The position numbers and the translations under genes were made by a program. A stretch of 64,000 nt of DNA. It comes from Basidiobolus meristosporus CBS 931.73 (taxonomy: Eukaryota > Fungi > Basidiobolomycota). The stretch covers positions 1 to 64,000 of the forward strand of contig MCFE01000102.1 in assembly GCA_002104905.1 (NCBI GenBank). Direction: 5' to 3'. The notes beneath the pieces are model-generated. The model searched no databases. It was given only the letters and a program-made list of their open reading frames with translations, and was not told the origin of the DNA. Position 1 is the stretch's first letter, and each line of letters starts with the position of its first letter. Below are positions 1-11,450 of this stretch, one piece after another.

Positions 1-1251
1 TCTGTAACAAATCTTCCAATATCCCACCAGTATTCCATACTGATCAAAGAAGATACACTGCACTTGGTTTGCAATTGATGCAATTTGATAGTCATAACAG
101 AGAAGGAGCTATAATATGTAAATGCTAATGGTATAAGCAATCTCATTGTGATTATTCAGGCACTTGTCTCATGTTTCACATAAATGCACTCAAGTCATTT
201 TTTATGAGATAATTAAGCAACAATGCATCCAACTTTAGTTGAACTACATTGAAGTGTTTGACAACAATCAACTAAAGTGTTTACTTAACAGATTAAAATA
301 TTACATACCCAATATAAACAAATCCTTGTTGCCATCACAAATAGCTATAAGGTATATTATTTGCAGCTGGCAGTTGACACAGTGCCCATAGGTTTACTGC
401 TTATGAGTACTTTACGTTGAGAGGTTGCACTTTTTACATATTGTGGTGGTGGTTGATGAACAAGTTAGGGCATTAGATGTTGTATTGAACTCAACACCCT
501 CTCAGACTTCATTATCTTATTACATAGGGCCAATCCCCCTTGTGACCTCCGTTATCATATTGCATAAGCCTGGTTTCCTTTTGATTGCTAAACGTTGCTA
601 AAGCACTGTACTGCTTCCTATAGGGACGGTTTTCATCTTCATCAACAGTCTGCAGGATCCTTTTAGACATGTATAAGGATGCAGTTGGTGTAATACTGGT
701 CACCCAGGGAATGCTTGAAGATAAAATGAGTATGTACTCGACCAATTCACCTGGATGCAATGGCTACCGTCATGATTATACGACTCTCGTCTATCTATTG
801 CCCATAAATGACTGTTAGTTAAAATAAACCAAAACAGTTCACGTACAAAGGAATCTTGTAATGAAAGCTATCAATCACAAACCAGAACGGTAAAGAATAT
901 CACACAGCATGCTCTTTATACTTTGACTACGATAAATGAGAATCCAAAATAATACGCCTGCGTATTAACAGCTCGATCTATGCTACATCACTAGTGTAAT
1001 TCTCGTGCAAACAAAACCTCGGTATATAGATAACGCTGCGCTTACAAGCCGCATGTTAAGTTAACCAATGGCAATCAAGCATTCTATATAGTAGCAGCCT
1101 AGTCTAAGGGCAGTAGCGGTACATGCTAGGGAACAACAGCGTCGCAGCAATGTAGACTAGACCATAAATAGATAGCGTTGATTGGTGATAGAGATATATG
1201 CTTGCGCATTTGAATACCAAATTCGACAGACGCGTAGTGACAAGGAACTGC

Positions 1252-1440
1252 CGGAGAAAGTTCGATTTTTAATAATAATTAATATACCAAGATGAATAGT
1301 TTCGCGAGATAAATCCCAACTTGTCACTCATGAGCTGAAGTGCTAATTATCGGGTTCTGAAAACATGTAGCCACAAGAAACTATCGGAGAAAGTTCGATT
1401 TTCAATGAATAATTTCGTTAGATGATTCCCAACTTGGCTC
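1252..1440. repeat. Imperfect ~133-bp-period direct duplication in intergenic DNA
   Basis: CGGAGAAAGTTCGATTTT occurs at 1252-1269 and 1385-1402. Each copy is followed by AATAATT and then AGAT..TCCCAACTTG. Confidence 0.6.
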
Positions 1441-1944
1441 TAGGCACCATTCATGAACTTCGGTATTAATTAGCGTGATCCTAGCTCACCAACATCTTGG
1501 CATTGATGGTGAGCATATGCTTTACACCAAGATGTACTCTGGTGGTTCAGGACAAATAAGTAGTAACTAAGAGTAAGATGTGATATAGATAGAAACACAT
1601 GGACCAATCTGAAGAGTCATGGAATAAATCTTTGGCCATATGAATCTAGAGCGGTAGTGCGAAAACAACGTACCCGCAGACTAGTAATCTAGAGTACAGA
1701 CCTAGAGCTATATGCAACGCTGTAAGCCTCAGCATGTAGATCAACACTTAGGTTGGCCACTAAAGCCAACCAAGATAAAGAGTATTTGTCAAATCAACTG
1801 ATAAAAACCTTGTATCTGGGACAACCAAAAATTCCATATTTATGGAAATACCTGAATGAATATTAGTAATTTACTGTAACAAATAAGCTATGCATCCGCA
1901 TAAGGAAGCGCCTCACTTATATAAAGTAATTTTTCCTACATGAC

Positions 1945-1966
1945 CCAATTAGGCAGCGCTTACTAA
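1945..1966 (+). promoter_or_regulatory. Bipartite CCAAT-N10-TTACTAA element (distal copy) upstream of catalase
   Basis: CCAAT (1945-1949) + TAGGCAGCGC + TTACTAA (1960-1966), same spacing as the proximal copy. A further TTAGTAA lies at 1863-1869. Confidence 0.55.
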
Positions 1967-2745
1967 TCTTGAACTGTGCCTGTTTGATGGGATGCTTACT
2001 ACACAAGCATACTAAGGAGTGTATTCAACGACGCCGACAAGATTGAAGCTGAGCTTGAGTCTTGTATCGAAGATGGGCCTGCAACTAATGTCTAATAGGT
2101 AGTATGCGTAAATTCCAACTAATATTTTGAGTTGCATACAGGTGGATGTTCTTACGGCAAGAGGGCTAGAATCCACTGTCATCCTAATAGTCGGGCTGTG
2201 GTACTTGTTGACACTGATATTGGCCAGTGAGTCTTCACTCTAGATTGGCCACTTTACGATGTGTCTATATTTGCTATAATGAGTGTATGGCAGTTTGGGT
2301 TAGGGTCGTAATGAACGTACGACAGTTGATTTGTAGCGACATATCTTTATTATCAAACGTTGCTTTGGTGGAGCAAGCATATGAAAGTCTGCATGACTAT
2401 ATTCTGTTATTCCGTGGAATGGATATACTGCAGCCTAATTGGAGTATTCCGATCAGTCGAAGGAGGGTATTTCAATTTTCCACTGGACACGTCTGTGTTA
2501 GATTGTTCAAGAGTGAGTTTAACCCTGGTACAAGTAAATTACGTGCATGAATAGCATGATTGCGATGGAGTTGAGCCATATCTCCAGATAAGACTGTAGA
2601 AATCATTAGCAACAAACAATTTGGAACATGGCCCGGAGTATAGACATCAGGTTCATTCAGGGTTGGTCATTCATGGTTATGCCTGCGAATAAGAAAATAT
2701 CGTTTCTAAATCATACCTACATTTTTAGGAAATCTCACTCCTGAT

Positions 2746-2767
2746 CCAATTAGGGCGTGCTTACTAA
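2746..2767 (+). promoter_or_regulatory. Bipartite CCAAT-N10-TTACTAA element (proximal copy), ~120 bp upstream of the catalase ATG
   Basis: CCAAT (2746-2750) + TAGGGCGTGC + TTACTAA (2761-2767). TTACTAA is the canonical Yap1-type bZIP response element. Confidence 0.65.
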
Positions 2768-2888
2768 CATTAGAAATGGTTACTGATAATGCTCGATACG
2801 GATGAAGAAACACCTTGAATATCGGGTTCTCGAAGGTTAGGATGTTACTTAAAGGCTTACCACACCATCTCATCTTCATCAACCATCC

Positions 2889-4364
2889 ATGAATATGAGC
2901 TCTCTACCAAATTCCATGACTACCTCCAATGGAGATCCAGTCAACGACAATCAGACCAGTATGACAGCTGGCAGAGGCGGTCCTATGCTAATCCAAGATT
3001 ATCATTACATCGAGAAGTTGGCTCATTTTAACCGTGAACGCATCCCTGAAAGAGTGGTCCACGCCAAGGGTGCAGGGGCCCATGGCTATTTCGAAGTTAC
3101 CAAGGACATCTCCCATCTGACCAAGGCCAATTTCCTTTCTGAGGTCGGAAAACGTACCCCAGTGTTCACCCGCTTCTCGACTGTCGGAGGAGAAAGTGGC
3201 TCCTCGGATACTGCTCGTGATCCACGTGGATTTGCCGTGAAGTTCTATACTGAAGAAGGTAATTGGGACATGGTTGGCAACAACACCCCAATCTTCTTCA
3301 TCCGGGATCCTATCAAGTTCCCTGACTTCATTCATACCCAAAAACGTAACCCGAAGACTCACCTGAAGGATCCAGACGCTTTTTGGGATTTCCTCAGTTT
3401 GACCCCCGAGTCCATCCATCAGACACTCATCCTGTTCTCTGACCGTGGAACTCCCAAGGGCTTCCGTCACATGAACGGCTACTATGGCCACACACTGAAG
3501 CTTGTCAATGAGAAGGGAGAGTACAAGTATGTCAAGTGGCACTTCAAGACTGATCAGGGTATTCAGAACTTCACTGAGGAAGAGGCTGTTGCCATGGCCG
3601 GTGAGAACCCCGATTATGGAACACAAGATCTGTTTGAAGCCATTGACCAAGGAAATCACCCCTCATGGACAGTGTATGTTCAGGTGATGGAGCCGGAGCA
3701 AGCCGCCACCTACCGCTGGGATCCCTTCGATATCACCAAGGTGTGGCCCCATAGTGACTTCCCACTTCAGGAAGTGGGCAAGATGGTGCTCAATAAGAAC
3801 CCCGAGAACTACTTTGCCGATACCGAGCAGGTGGCATTCTCACCATCGAACATGGTTCCTGGTATTGAGGCCTCAGTCGATAAGATGCTTCAAGGCCGTA
3901 TGTTTGCTTACCCCGACGCGCATCGTTACCGTGTAGGCCCCAACTTTAGCCAGATCCCTATCAACCAGCCTAGATGCCCAGTTTTCCACGGCCAAAGAGA
4001 CGGACTGATGACTGTCAACGGAAACTTCGGTAGCTTACCTAACTACGAACCTAGCAGTGTTCATCCTGGGATCCCCCAGCAGCAACAGACTCGTGGAGAG
4101 CACTATCACAGCGCTGAGAACATGGGCAACGTGGGTGGTACCATCGGTCGCCATGTAGTACCTGCAGTTGATGATGACTACGTCCAAGCCGGGATGCTCT
4201 ATCGGGTACAGCCTGAGGATGCCAAGCAGCGCATGATCTCCAATATTGTTGGTCATCTGAAGCAGGCTAAGGAGTGCATCCAACAACGCCAATTGAAGAT
4301 TTTCTATAAGGCAGATGCTGAACTCGGAGCCCGCATTGAAGAAGGGCTTGCAACTTCTGTTTAA
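2889..4364 (+). CDS. CAT: Monofunctional small-subunit heme catalase, single exon
   Basis: [15 protein letters not shown] (distal His), [23 protein letters not shown] and [12 protein letters not shown] (proximal Tyr). 491 aa, with no obvious C-terminal PTS1. Confidence 0.97.
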   Translation: MNMSSLPNSMTTSNGDPVNDNQTSMTAGRGGPMLIQDYHYIEKLAHFNRERIPERVVHAKGAGAHGYFEVTKDISHLTKANFLSEVGKRTPVFTRFSTVGGESGSSDTARDPRGFAVKFYTEEGNWDMVGNNTPIFFIRDPIKFPDFIHTQKRNPKTHLKDPDAFWDFLSLTPESIHQTLILFSDRGTPKGFRHMNGYYGHTLKLVNEKGEYKYVKWHFKTDQGIQNFTEEEAVAMAGENPDYGTQDLFEAIDQGNHPSWTVYVQVMEPEQAATYRWDPFDITKVWPHSDFPLQEVGKMVLNKNPENYFADTEQVAFSPSNMVPGIEASVDKMLQGRMFAYPDAHRYRVGPNFSQIPINQPRCPVFHGQRDGLMTVNGNFGSLPNYEPSSVHPGIPQQQQTRGEHYHSAENMGNVGGTIGRHVVPAVDDDYVQAGMLYRVQPEDAKQRMISNIVGHLKQAKECIQQRQLKIFYKADAELGARIEEGLATSV

Positions 4365-4856
4365 TAATCTATGTGAATAAATTTAAGCTTTGTTTGGTGT
4401 AACATACTTACCAATAAAACTGAATACTTCGCTTATTGATTGTCATACAGAACATGGCAGCTTGAATATATGTAGCCAATCACTGTTTACCATCGCCAGT
4501 ATTGTAGACGTACTTGCAACTGGTATTTCATAGTCAATGTGTATAAACGTTAGTTGCTATTTGGTATTAATTGCATATTCACCATAGTTTTAGCACGCAG
4601 TGAACTCAACTATGTAGGCAGATCATTGCAAACAACTTCATACATACCGTATGTTCCTCGAAGATCAAGAATGCTCACTACTTTGCAAGTTTCTTTTTTA
4701 TAAATCAGTTATTGACCACTTGTTGGCTTTTCTTTTTCTGCTACTCTCTTGCTTATGAATACAAATCACTAATTATAACAAATGGTCTATTTCTTAGTTG
4801 TCATACAAGCTATATCTCGATGCTTGTTCCCTATCTATGCATATATGTGCAGCTGC

Positions 4857-5201
4857 TGTTGCAAAAGTTTGTAATTACACCTGAATATTCATCTAACTTA
4901 GTCACGTAGATCATTACCTACAAATCTTAGAGAGTTCTGGCCAAATTCCTTGTCGGGACTTAGAATATTTTCACCAAAACATTAGGTACCAAGAACATAA
5001 AAGTTCTCAAAGTTGTCCAAACTGCCACAAACTTTGCACACATGCTCTTGAGATCTTGCTAATCACATTCTACATGTTTTGTGTGCCAAGAATGTGCAAA
5101 TGTATAAATACTACTTTTACATTCAATAAATTGTCAAGTAAATACTGCATAATCTACTTGTTCTCTCAATCATTTCCAATATCTCCAATACTCTTACAAT
5201 A
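4857..5201 (+). mobile_element. Solo LTR of the resident Ty1/Copia family
   Basis: Aligns end to end with the LTRs at 59377 and 63692 (TGTTG...CTTACAATA). Flanked by GCTGC and GCTTC, a 4/5 match to a 5-bp target site duplication (TSD). Confidence 0.85.
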
Positions 5202-5267
5202 GCTTCTAATAAATCTCTCTGTATGATGCTGGATATCTACTTCTTGGAGTTGTTCAGATGATGTATT

Positions 5268-5370
5268 TGCTGTAAGAGTTTTGGAAATATTAAGAGTGAT
5301 AGGGAGGTGTAGATTATGCAGTTTTCACTTATTGACTTGTTAAATGTAAAAGTAGTAAAACCTTACCCTA
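5268..5370 (-). mobile_element. Truncated Copia LTR fragment (3' part)
   Basis: TGCTGTAAGAG...GTAGATTATGCAGTTTTCACTT...TGTAAAAGTAGTA is the reverse complement of the LTR 3' end. Confidence 0.6.
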
Positions 5371-5649
5371 GACGACACTGACTTGTGAAAGTCCTCACAC
5401 CCAATATAAATGCTGATTGCACACCCACATTCAACAAGTGAATATATCAAAATCCACCAATGAATAAGTGCCTCTGCCTCAACATCATTTTTTATGTCAT
5501 TGGCAAGAGACTGAGGCTTTATGCTATTGTTTGTTCACTGATTCTCAAACATTTAGGTCTTCAGCCAGTAGTGCAAAGTCTAGAATTTCATCTGTCTTTC
5601 TTCATAATAAGTCCATGTAATATTTAAGTGCATTTTCTATGGCACTGCT

Positions 5650-6070
5650 GTTGAAGAAGTGCTGTCACTTCCTGGTGTGCAGATTACTGTTCCAAAACTC
5701 CACTGTAATCATCTTGCTAGCCTTTAAATTCCTAACATTGCTGCTTGGCTCATCTGTGGATTCTCCGCTCTATTTGCATCAGTGCACATGAAAAGTGTTG
5801 TGAAAAATACCTTTCTCTGCCAACTCATAATTGTGAGTGGTTCTGCTTGGCTGTTGTTGAGTTCAGACTGTACTTGGTTGAAACATTGATTAGTAAATGC
5901 TGCAGTTTTTGTCCTACACCTCACTTGATCTGGCTTGGCTGTGCCTTCTTCCCTTTCTGGTTGCCTTTCCCTTCACCACTGCCAACACTTTCCCTGCTAC
6001 TCACACTAAGTGCTTCTTGTATTGTTTTATGTATTTCCTTATTGAATACTGCAATAGTGCTTCTTTGTCA
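5650..6070 (-). repeat. Decayed unidentified repeat (family X), homologous to 58450-58900
   Basis: GTGCAGATTACTGTTCCAAAACTCCACTG here versus GTGCATATTGCTGTTCCACAACTCCACTG at ~58490. Minus-strand translations are VEFWNSNLHTRK and VELWNSNMHTKR. CpG-depleted. Confidence 0.55.
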
Positions 6071-6076
6071 GTTTAG

Positions 6077-6418
6077 TGTTGTTATAAATCTGGTGTTTAC
6101 ATTGACATATTAACCAACTTAATCACTTGGATTTAGTGTACAAATATTAGAGAACTCTGCTCAAATTCATTATCAGTACTTGCTTAGAATATTTGACTCA
6201 GCTTCCAATATCCATAACATGAAAATTTTAAAGTAGCATTAACAGCCCCCACTTTGCTCACATGTTCTTGGTATCTTCCTAAACTTGTTCTGTGTACTTT
6301 CTTTGCCAATACTATGTTGAAGTATCAATTCTACTTTGACATTTATCAAAGCTTAGAGTGAAAACCATGTAATTGACTTGTTTTTCAATCACTTCCCATA
6401 TATCCAAAGCTCTACACA
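6077..6418 (+). mobile_element. Old, diverged solo Copia LTR
   Basis: Colinear matches to the LTR consensus (AACTTAATCACTTGG, CATGAAAATTTTAAAG, CAGCCCCACTTTGCTCACATGTTCTTGG, AAAACCATGTAATTGACTTG). Confidence 0.7.
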
Positions 6419-7693
6419 AGCTAAGATCCCACCAGTTGGTAATTTTGGCCTCCCCAGCCTGGGGACCTCTCCTATAACTTGCTCAAAGTGATCATTCTCT
6501 TCACTCACTGGTATAAAAGCTGAGCTGGTCACACTTGGCTTCTTTATTTTGAGTAATTGGTATACAGAGCTCATCCATTGGTGATTGTCACCCTGCTGAT
6601 CCTAAGTAGGTTTCCTCAGTATTACCCTTGATTTTATTCACTGGTAGAAAGCCACCCTTATTGTATGTAGTGTTTTTATTTTGATAACTTGATATCTAGA
6701 TTTTGCCTCTTGGTGATTTTGATACCTGCTTGACCCTTTATAATTTTTGCTGTACTATTTTTTAGCTGTATAGCAAAGTGGAGATCTTGCCAACCTGGTA
6801 AATATCTCTTCTCAGACTCCCTACTTATCTTGCCTTTGCTAAAACCCTTATACCCCACCATAAAATACTGTGCTTGAATTAGATCAATAGCTGCAACTCT
6901 TGGTCAGCTTCTTTATTTTTGCTTTGGTATTTGGTACTGGCTTAGAAAAACAAAGGCTTGCCAAATTGGTGACTTTCCCTTCCTCTAACTCTGATAGACT
7001 AGTTCATATTAAGTGCAAATGCAATCCCAGAAGCATATTTCAACTTGCCTGCCACATCCCATTGTGCTAGGTGATAATATTGAATATAAACAGCTGAGAT
7101 AAATATAGAGATAGCTGTTATTGCCTGTATTAAGATATCTGACAAATGAATTTGCAAGAAATCATGTATTTGAGCTATCAGCTGTGGTCCTGATTGGTTC
7201 ATGCAATTCTGTATTGTGGCTCCTGCGGGTTGACGGCTTATCAACAAATCTCTCATAGCATTCACGTCTGCGACACTGGACTGCAGCACACATCTTCATC
7301 ATCAAATAAACTTGTACATCTCTTGAGAAATACGCAGGCTCTATCGCTAGCAAAGTGCTGTTCAGGATTATTAGGAATATCAAAAGTTAAAGTATCATTT
7401 ATACAGGCACTCAAAGGATCAGTTTTCTCACTAGTCCACTTTTGTTCTCATTTGGGCAATATATTGCAAGCCATAATCAAGCCGATGTCTTACAATTGCG
7501 ATATTAGTTACTTGAATACAGTCAATTACAATCTCTCGTGGATTTTCTTGCCAAGCCATTGATTGTTGGGTCACAAAGCCTATTTCTTGATATATGAGGG
7601 CTGAGATACTCAGCCGAACTCGCAATAGCTATAAATCTGATAATCTCACCGTTTCAAAATTTCAACATTTCACTAGCTGGTGACTCCTCCTCA

Positions 7694-8296
7694 ATGAAAT
7701 TCGCACTTCTATCTGCTATAATTGCCTCTACTCTTTCGGTTGCCAACGCAGCACCTGTAGACAATGATCTTGGCCAATTGTCAGCCATTTGTAGGCAATC
7801 GTTACTCTCAATTGTAGCAGACAATGAGCCATGCTTACCACTCAGCCAAATCTGGTCACAAGCCACCTCCATAGATTGGGAGAACTATGATCCAAGCAAT
7901 GCTGACCAATTTTCACCACTCCTCAACGCTATGTGTACGGCACCACGCTGCAACAAGGCGGTGACTGATACACTTGTAAGTAAAATCCAAACTGGATGCT
8001 CCCAAAAACCAGCACAAAAGGTAGTAAAGGTGATCGAATTTTTGCTCGAGAACTACGAGCCACTGATTGCACTCGAGTGCACCCGAAATTCCCAGCAGGA
8101 ATACTGTCTCTTGGTGGAAGGAAAAGATCTGCAAGATCACATGGACGAGGATATTTCTGATGTGCCAGACGATAGACTATGCACAGAATGTGTTCAGAAC
8201 TGGGTCAAGGTGTATGATCAATATGCCGAAAGCTACGCTGACCTATTTTCCAACTTGACTGATGTTCAACAGGTCAAACAGCGCTGTGGCTACTAG
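7694..8296 (+). CDS. Small secreted cysteine-rich protein (200 aa, 10 Cys), function unknown
   Basis: ATG start and clear signal peptide MKFALLSAIIASTLSVANA-AP. Ten regularly spaced Cys including CTAPRC and CTEC; coding-like codon usage. Confidence 0.85.
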   Translation: MKFALLSAIIASTLSVANAAPVDNDLGQLSAICRQSLLSIVADNEPCLPLSQIWSQATSIDWENYDPSNADQFSPLLNAMCTAPRCNKAVTDTLVSKIQTGCSQKPAQKVVKVIEFLLENYEPLIALECTRNSQQEYCLLVEGKDLQDHMDEDISDVPDDRLCTECVQNWVKVYDQYAESYADLFSNLTDVQQVKQRCGY

Positions 8297-9184
8297 TAGT
8301 TCTACACCCTCATACTTCATCAAGTCATGCACCACTCATCTAGCCCTGTCTGTCAATATAATCATCATCAATAAATTTCCACGAAAAACATTTTGAATTT
8401 TTTTGGCAGCTTCGATGTATCCATGGCGGTCAGTTTTACCGTAGTGTCGCAATTAAATTCAGAGAAGTCTAGGCGGGATAAATCCCCTTCAGGTTTGATT
8501 CTGCTCAAGGTTACTTTACAAAAGCCATCTTTGAAGAACCGGAACCATTTGGGTTTGCGTTAAGGTGCCTATCTTCAAGAGTCAAGTATAGAGGGGCACG
8601 ATTCTTGTAGGTCAGCCTTGTCTGAGCAAATATTGATAACACCGCCCAGTGCCTCCGAACAAAGGCCTTCCGCCTAACCATCTCCTTGCCAGCAATGACA
8701 AAAGTAACTGTGAGTGTGTATTAACAAATAAGGCCAGTGCTTGGCTACTTACAATTACATCTGGTTTGTTTAATGAACTTGGGTTATAGGTACCAACAGG
8801 CCCTTTTGGAGTAGTGTGTACAATTCGGTGCTGATAAATTGCTGATAAATTGCAGTGGCGGTACCGCCCAAGACGCTTCCTGTTGACCCCTAAACTAAGC
8901 CCAATGGGTGATCCTTCTTCAAGCCAAAGACAATTTCAATCTTATATAACTCTCTATTTGAACTAGATGAAAAGTCCTTTAAAATCACGAGCGCACCGGC
9001 AACTGGCAACAAACATTTTGCGCATTGAAAAGAATAGAACATCTCATTTATCTACTCCAACAGCGGGTATTCATGTAGGAAATCAAACAAGGACTATGTA
9101 GAGATGACATTTATTGAAAGTTATTCTTCCTAGGCAAAGGCCAGTGCCATTCATTGAAATCTCCACACATTTACAAAGTCTTAA

Positions 9185-9679
9185 TTACCAGCGGTAGAAT
9201 CTGCCATAGCGTCTGAAGGGACCATATCTTCGGAAAGGTCCGTATCTTCTGAAGGGACCATATCGTCGGAACGGTCCATATCTCCTGAATGGACCGTATG
9301 GTCGAAAGTGGCCGAATCTTCCAAATCGACCATATCTGCGCCAAAGTTCAGTCTCTTCAGCATTGTTGTCACTATCAGCATCATCATCAGCGGCCTCATC
9401 GTCGAAGATGCCCATTTCGGGTTCGGCATCTTCAGTCAATGTCTCATCTGTACGGGCGAAGCGATTAATGCTTTTACGGGCCTCCTCAGGTATGATCTCA
9501 ACCTCATTACCCAACCCGAAATACTTTCCTTGGTAAAGGGATGGGCTGGAGTCCGTATTGGATGATGCCACGGCACTAACGACATTATTCCCAGAGACTG
9601 GAATAGAAGACTGAAGCTGGTCGCCATATGCCAGAGTGGCTATTAAGAGAGTGCAGACGATGGTGAACTTGCAGTGCAT
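9185..9679 (-). CDS. Secreted repeat-peptide precursor: signal peptide, acidic pro-region, (YGPFRR)x5 cationic tail (KEP-like)
   Basis: Signal peptide MHCKFTIVCTLLIATLAYG and D/E-rich spacer. The five YGPFRR units use different synonymous codons. TATA-like TTTATAG/TATAAAG about 50 bp upstream. Confidence 0.85.
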   Translation of the reverse strand: MHCKFTIVCTLLIATLAYGDQLQSSIPVSGNNVVSAVASSNTDSSPSLYQGKYFGLGNEVEIIPEEARKSINRFARTDETLTEDAEPEMGIFDDEAADDDADSDNNAEETELWRRYGRFGRFGHFRPYGPFRRYGPFRRYGPFRRYGPFRRYGPFRRYGRFYRW

Positions 9680-10412
9680 ATTCGAAAGAGGATTGATATG
9701 CTGTTGTCTGGAAAGCGATATCCTTTATAGCTCAAGTCTATTTAATTTATCAAGCCTCTCCTCTGTATAATATACTTTGTCCAGTTGTCTGTCTTGAGAT
9801 AGACCAAAACATGTACCTAATTCTCATGGTCAGCACCATCGAAAGGTACTCCCGAGTTCAGTCATCAATGGTGTGATATGGAACTTCATACTCTCCTTTA
9901 TTTTACTTTCTAAGTGAACAATCATCAAAATGGAGAAATTTAGGTGGATAGTCTTGTTAAACAAGCGTACTTGGGCTTTCTTGATGTAGCTCCTAAACTT
10001 TCACCTCTTTGTGGGCTATCCATCTCTAGTCCCAGAAGTATGACAGCATATTCCACTAATATTAGCTTCAACTCTAGTAGATAAAACAAAGCGAATCAAA
10101 GCAGTTCCAAAAATGCCCATCAAGTCTAGTAGTGGAAGAGTAGCGCTAGTATAATTACTATGATCCGAACCTGACCAGCGGTTATTATCGATATGATATA
10201 GCTTAACCTGGCAATGTCGAATGCATTCTCTGAAACTTGGATTCGCAGAGTAACCTGTTTCGTGTTGCTACCATATCGCCGTGTTGCCGTGTTGCAGTGT
10301 TGCAGTGTTGCTACCATACCGCAATTGACGAAATCAGTTGTAAGCATCCATTTATTTATGATCTATTTCATATTGAGCTTTTTTGAGGAATGAATCATTC
10401 GAGGTTCATGCT

Positions 10413-11450
10413 TTAGGCTCTATAGCCATAAACACGGAGACGTTTAAAACCACCATCGGGGTAGAGAGTGGCACGTACATGGGTGAACACCTTATCCTTG
10501 GGGGTCAAATCCCATTCGTGCTCGACATCAGCTGCAGTCTTCTGCTTGGGAGAAATAGTAGTCCAGAAGCCTTCCTGGTTAGCTGCTGGATCGTTATCAG
10601 GATTTTCTTCCTGAGAACTACAAGCCTCCAGTGAAGCCTGAGCAGGGAAATTTCCTCGGAAGTGAAGAGTGTCAAAAATAGCTCTTTCAAGGCGTCCAGG
10701 TGCACCAAGCTTGACAATCAAATAATCGATGTGACCTGGAGTTCTGGAACGCTTGGTCTCCCATCCATCTCCCATATTTTCACCACGAGTAGGCAAGATG
10801 ACATTAGAGGCAGGCGAGAAATGATCATTTGACGAAACTACTACACGTGCGCCGTTACCGACGTATGCTAGGTCGACCAATTCATTTTTATCTTCAGGGA
10901 AAATGGGAACTATGCTACCATACACACGGAAACGGGCAATTCCACCATCGGGATACTGGTTGATGCGAACGAAGTTATACGGAGTGTTATCAGGGTTATC
11001 GAGAACGAAGTAATGCTTGGAGGTTGGTTGTAATTCAACCTTTGGCAGAACTTCCTTCCATTCGTAGTTAATATCACCACCTTTCTCCAGTGCCTCACTA
11101 CTAACAAAGGCCACATCCACCGAGGCCACTGGTGCGTGATTTCCGGTGAAGTGAGCGGTATCAATATCAAAACCAACAATAGAGCCAGCAAAGGCGAGTT
11201 GGATAATAGCCCAATCGTGATCTGGGTTATGGCGGCGAGTTTCCCAACCATCAAACCAGGCACCGGTTTCTATGAACTTGTTGGCTTCACGGACAGATGG
11301 TTTTGGGTTGAGCATGTTGGATGCGGCGGCGAAAAATTCATCGGATACGGCCACAACTTTGGATCCAAGCTTACTGTTGGCAAGATCAATGTAGTTTGCA
11401 AGAGGAGAGCTTTTGAAGCTGTCGATAGGAAGTTGAGTGTAGCTGGCCAT
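10413..11450 (-). CDS. DAL2: Allantoicase (345 aa; start reassigned to ATG at 11450)
   Basis: Two allantoicase repeats: SDEFFAAASNML...DGWETRRHN...DTAHFTGN...YPDGGIARFRVYG and GDGWETKRSR...DTLHFRGNFP...YPDGGFKRLRVYG. Confidence 0.95.
   Translation of the reverse strand: MASYTQLPIDSFKSSPLANYIDLANSKLGSKVVAVSDEFFAAASNMLNPKPSVREANKFIETGAWFDGWETRRHNPDHDWAIIQLAFAGSIVGFDIDTAHFTGNHAPVASVDVAFVSSEALEKGGDINYEWKEVLPKVELQPTSKHYFVLDNPDNTPYNFVRINQYPDGGIARFRVYGSIVPIFPEDKNELVDLAYVGNGARVVVSSNDHFSPASNVILPTRGENMGDGWETKRSRTPGHIDYLIVKLGAPGRLERAIFDTLHFRGNFPAQASLEACSSQEENPDNDPAANQEGFWTTISPKQKTAADVEHEWDLTPKDKVFTHVRATLYPDGGFKRLRVYGYRA

Noticed and set aside
1-800. Possible Copia RT relic (PYRKQYSALA resembles PYRxxVGSL)
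   Set aside because: The downstream TRPD and RNase H motifs are not recoverable in any frame. It is only a CpG-poor, probably decayed repeat of unknown class.
2227-2554. ORFs of 107 and 64 aa upstream of catalase
   Set aside because: Alternative start codons, no motifs and no coding-like composition. This is promoter region.
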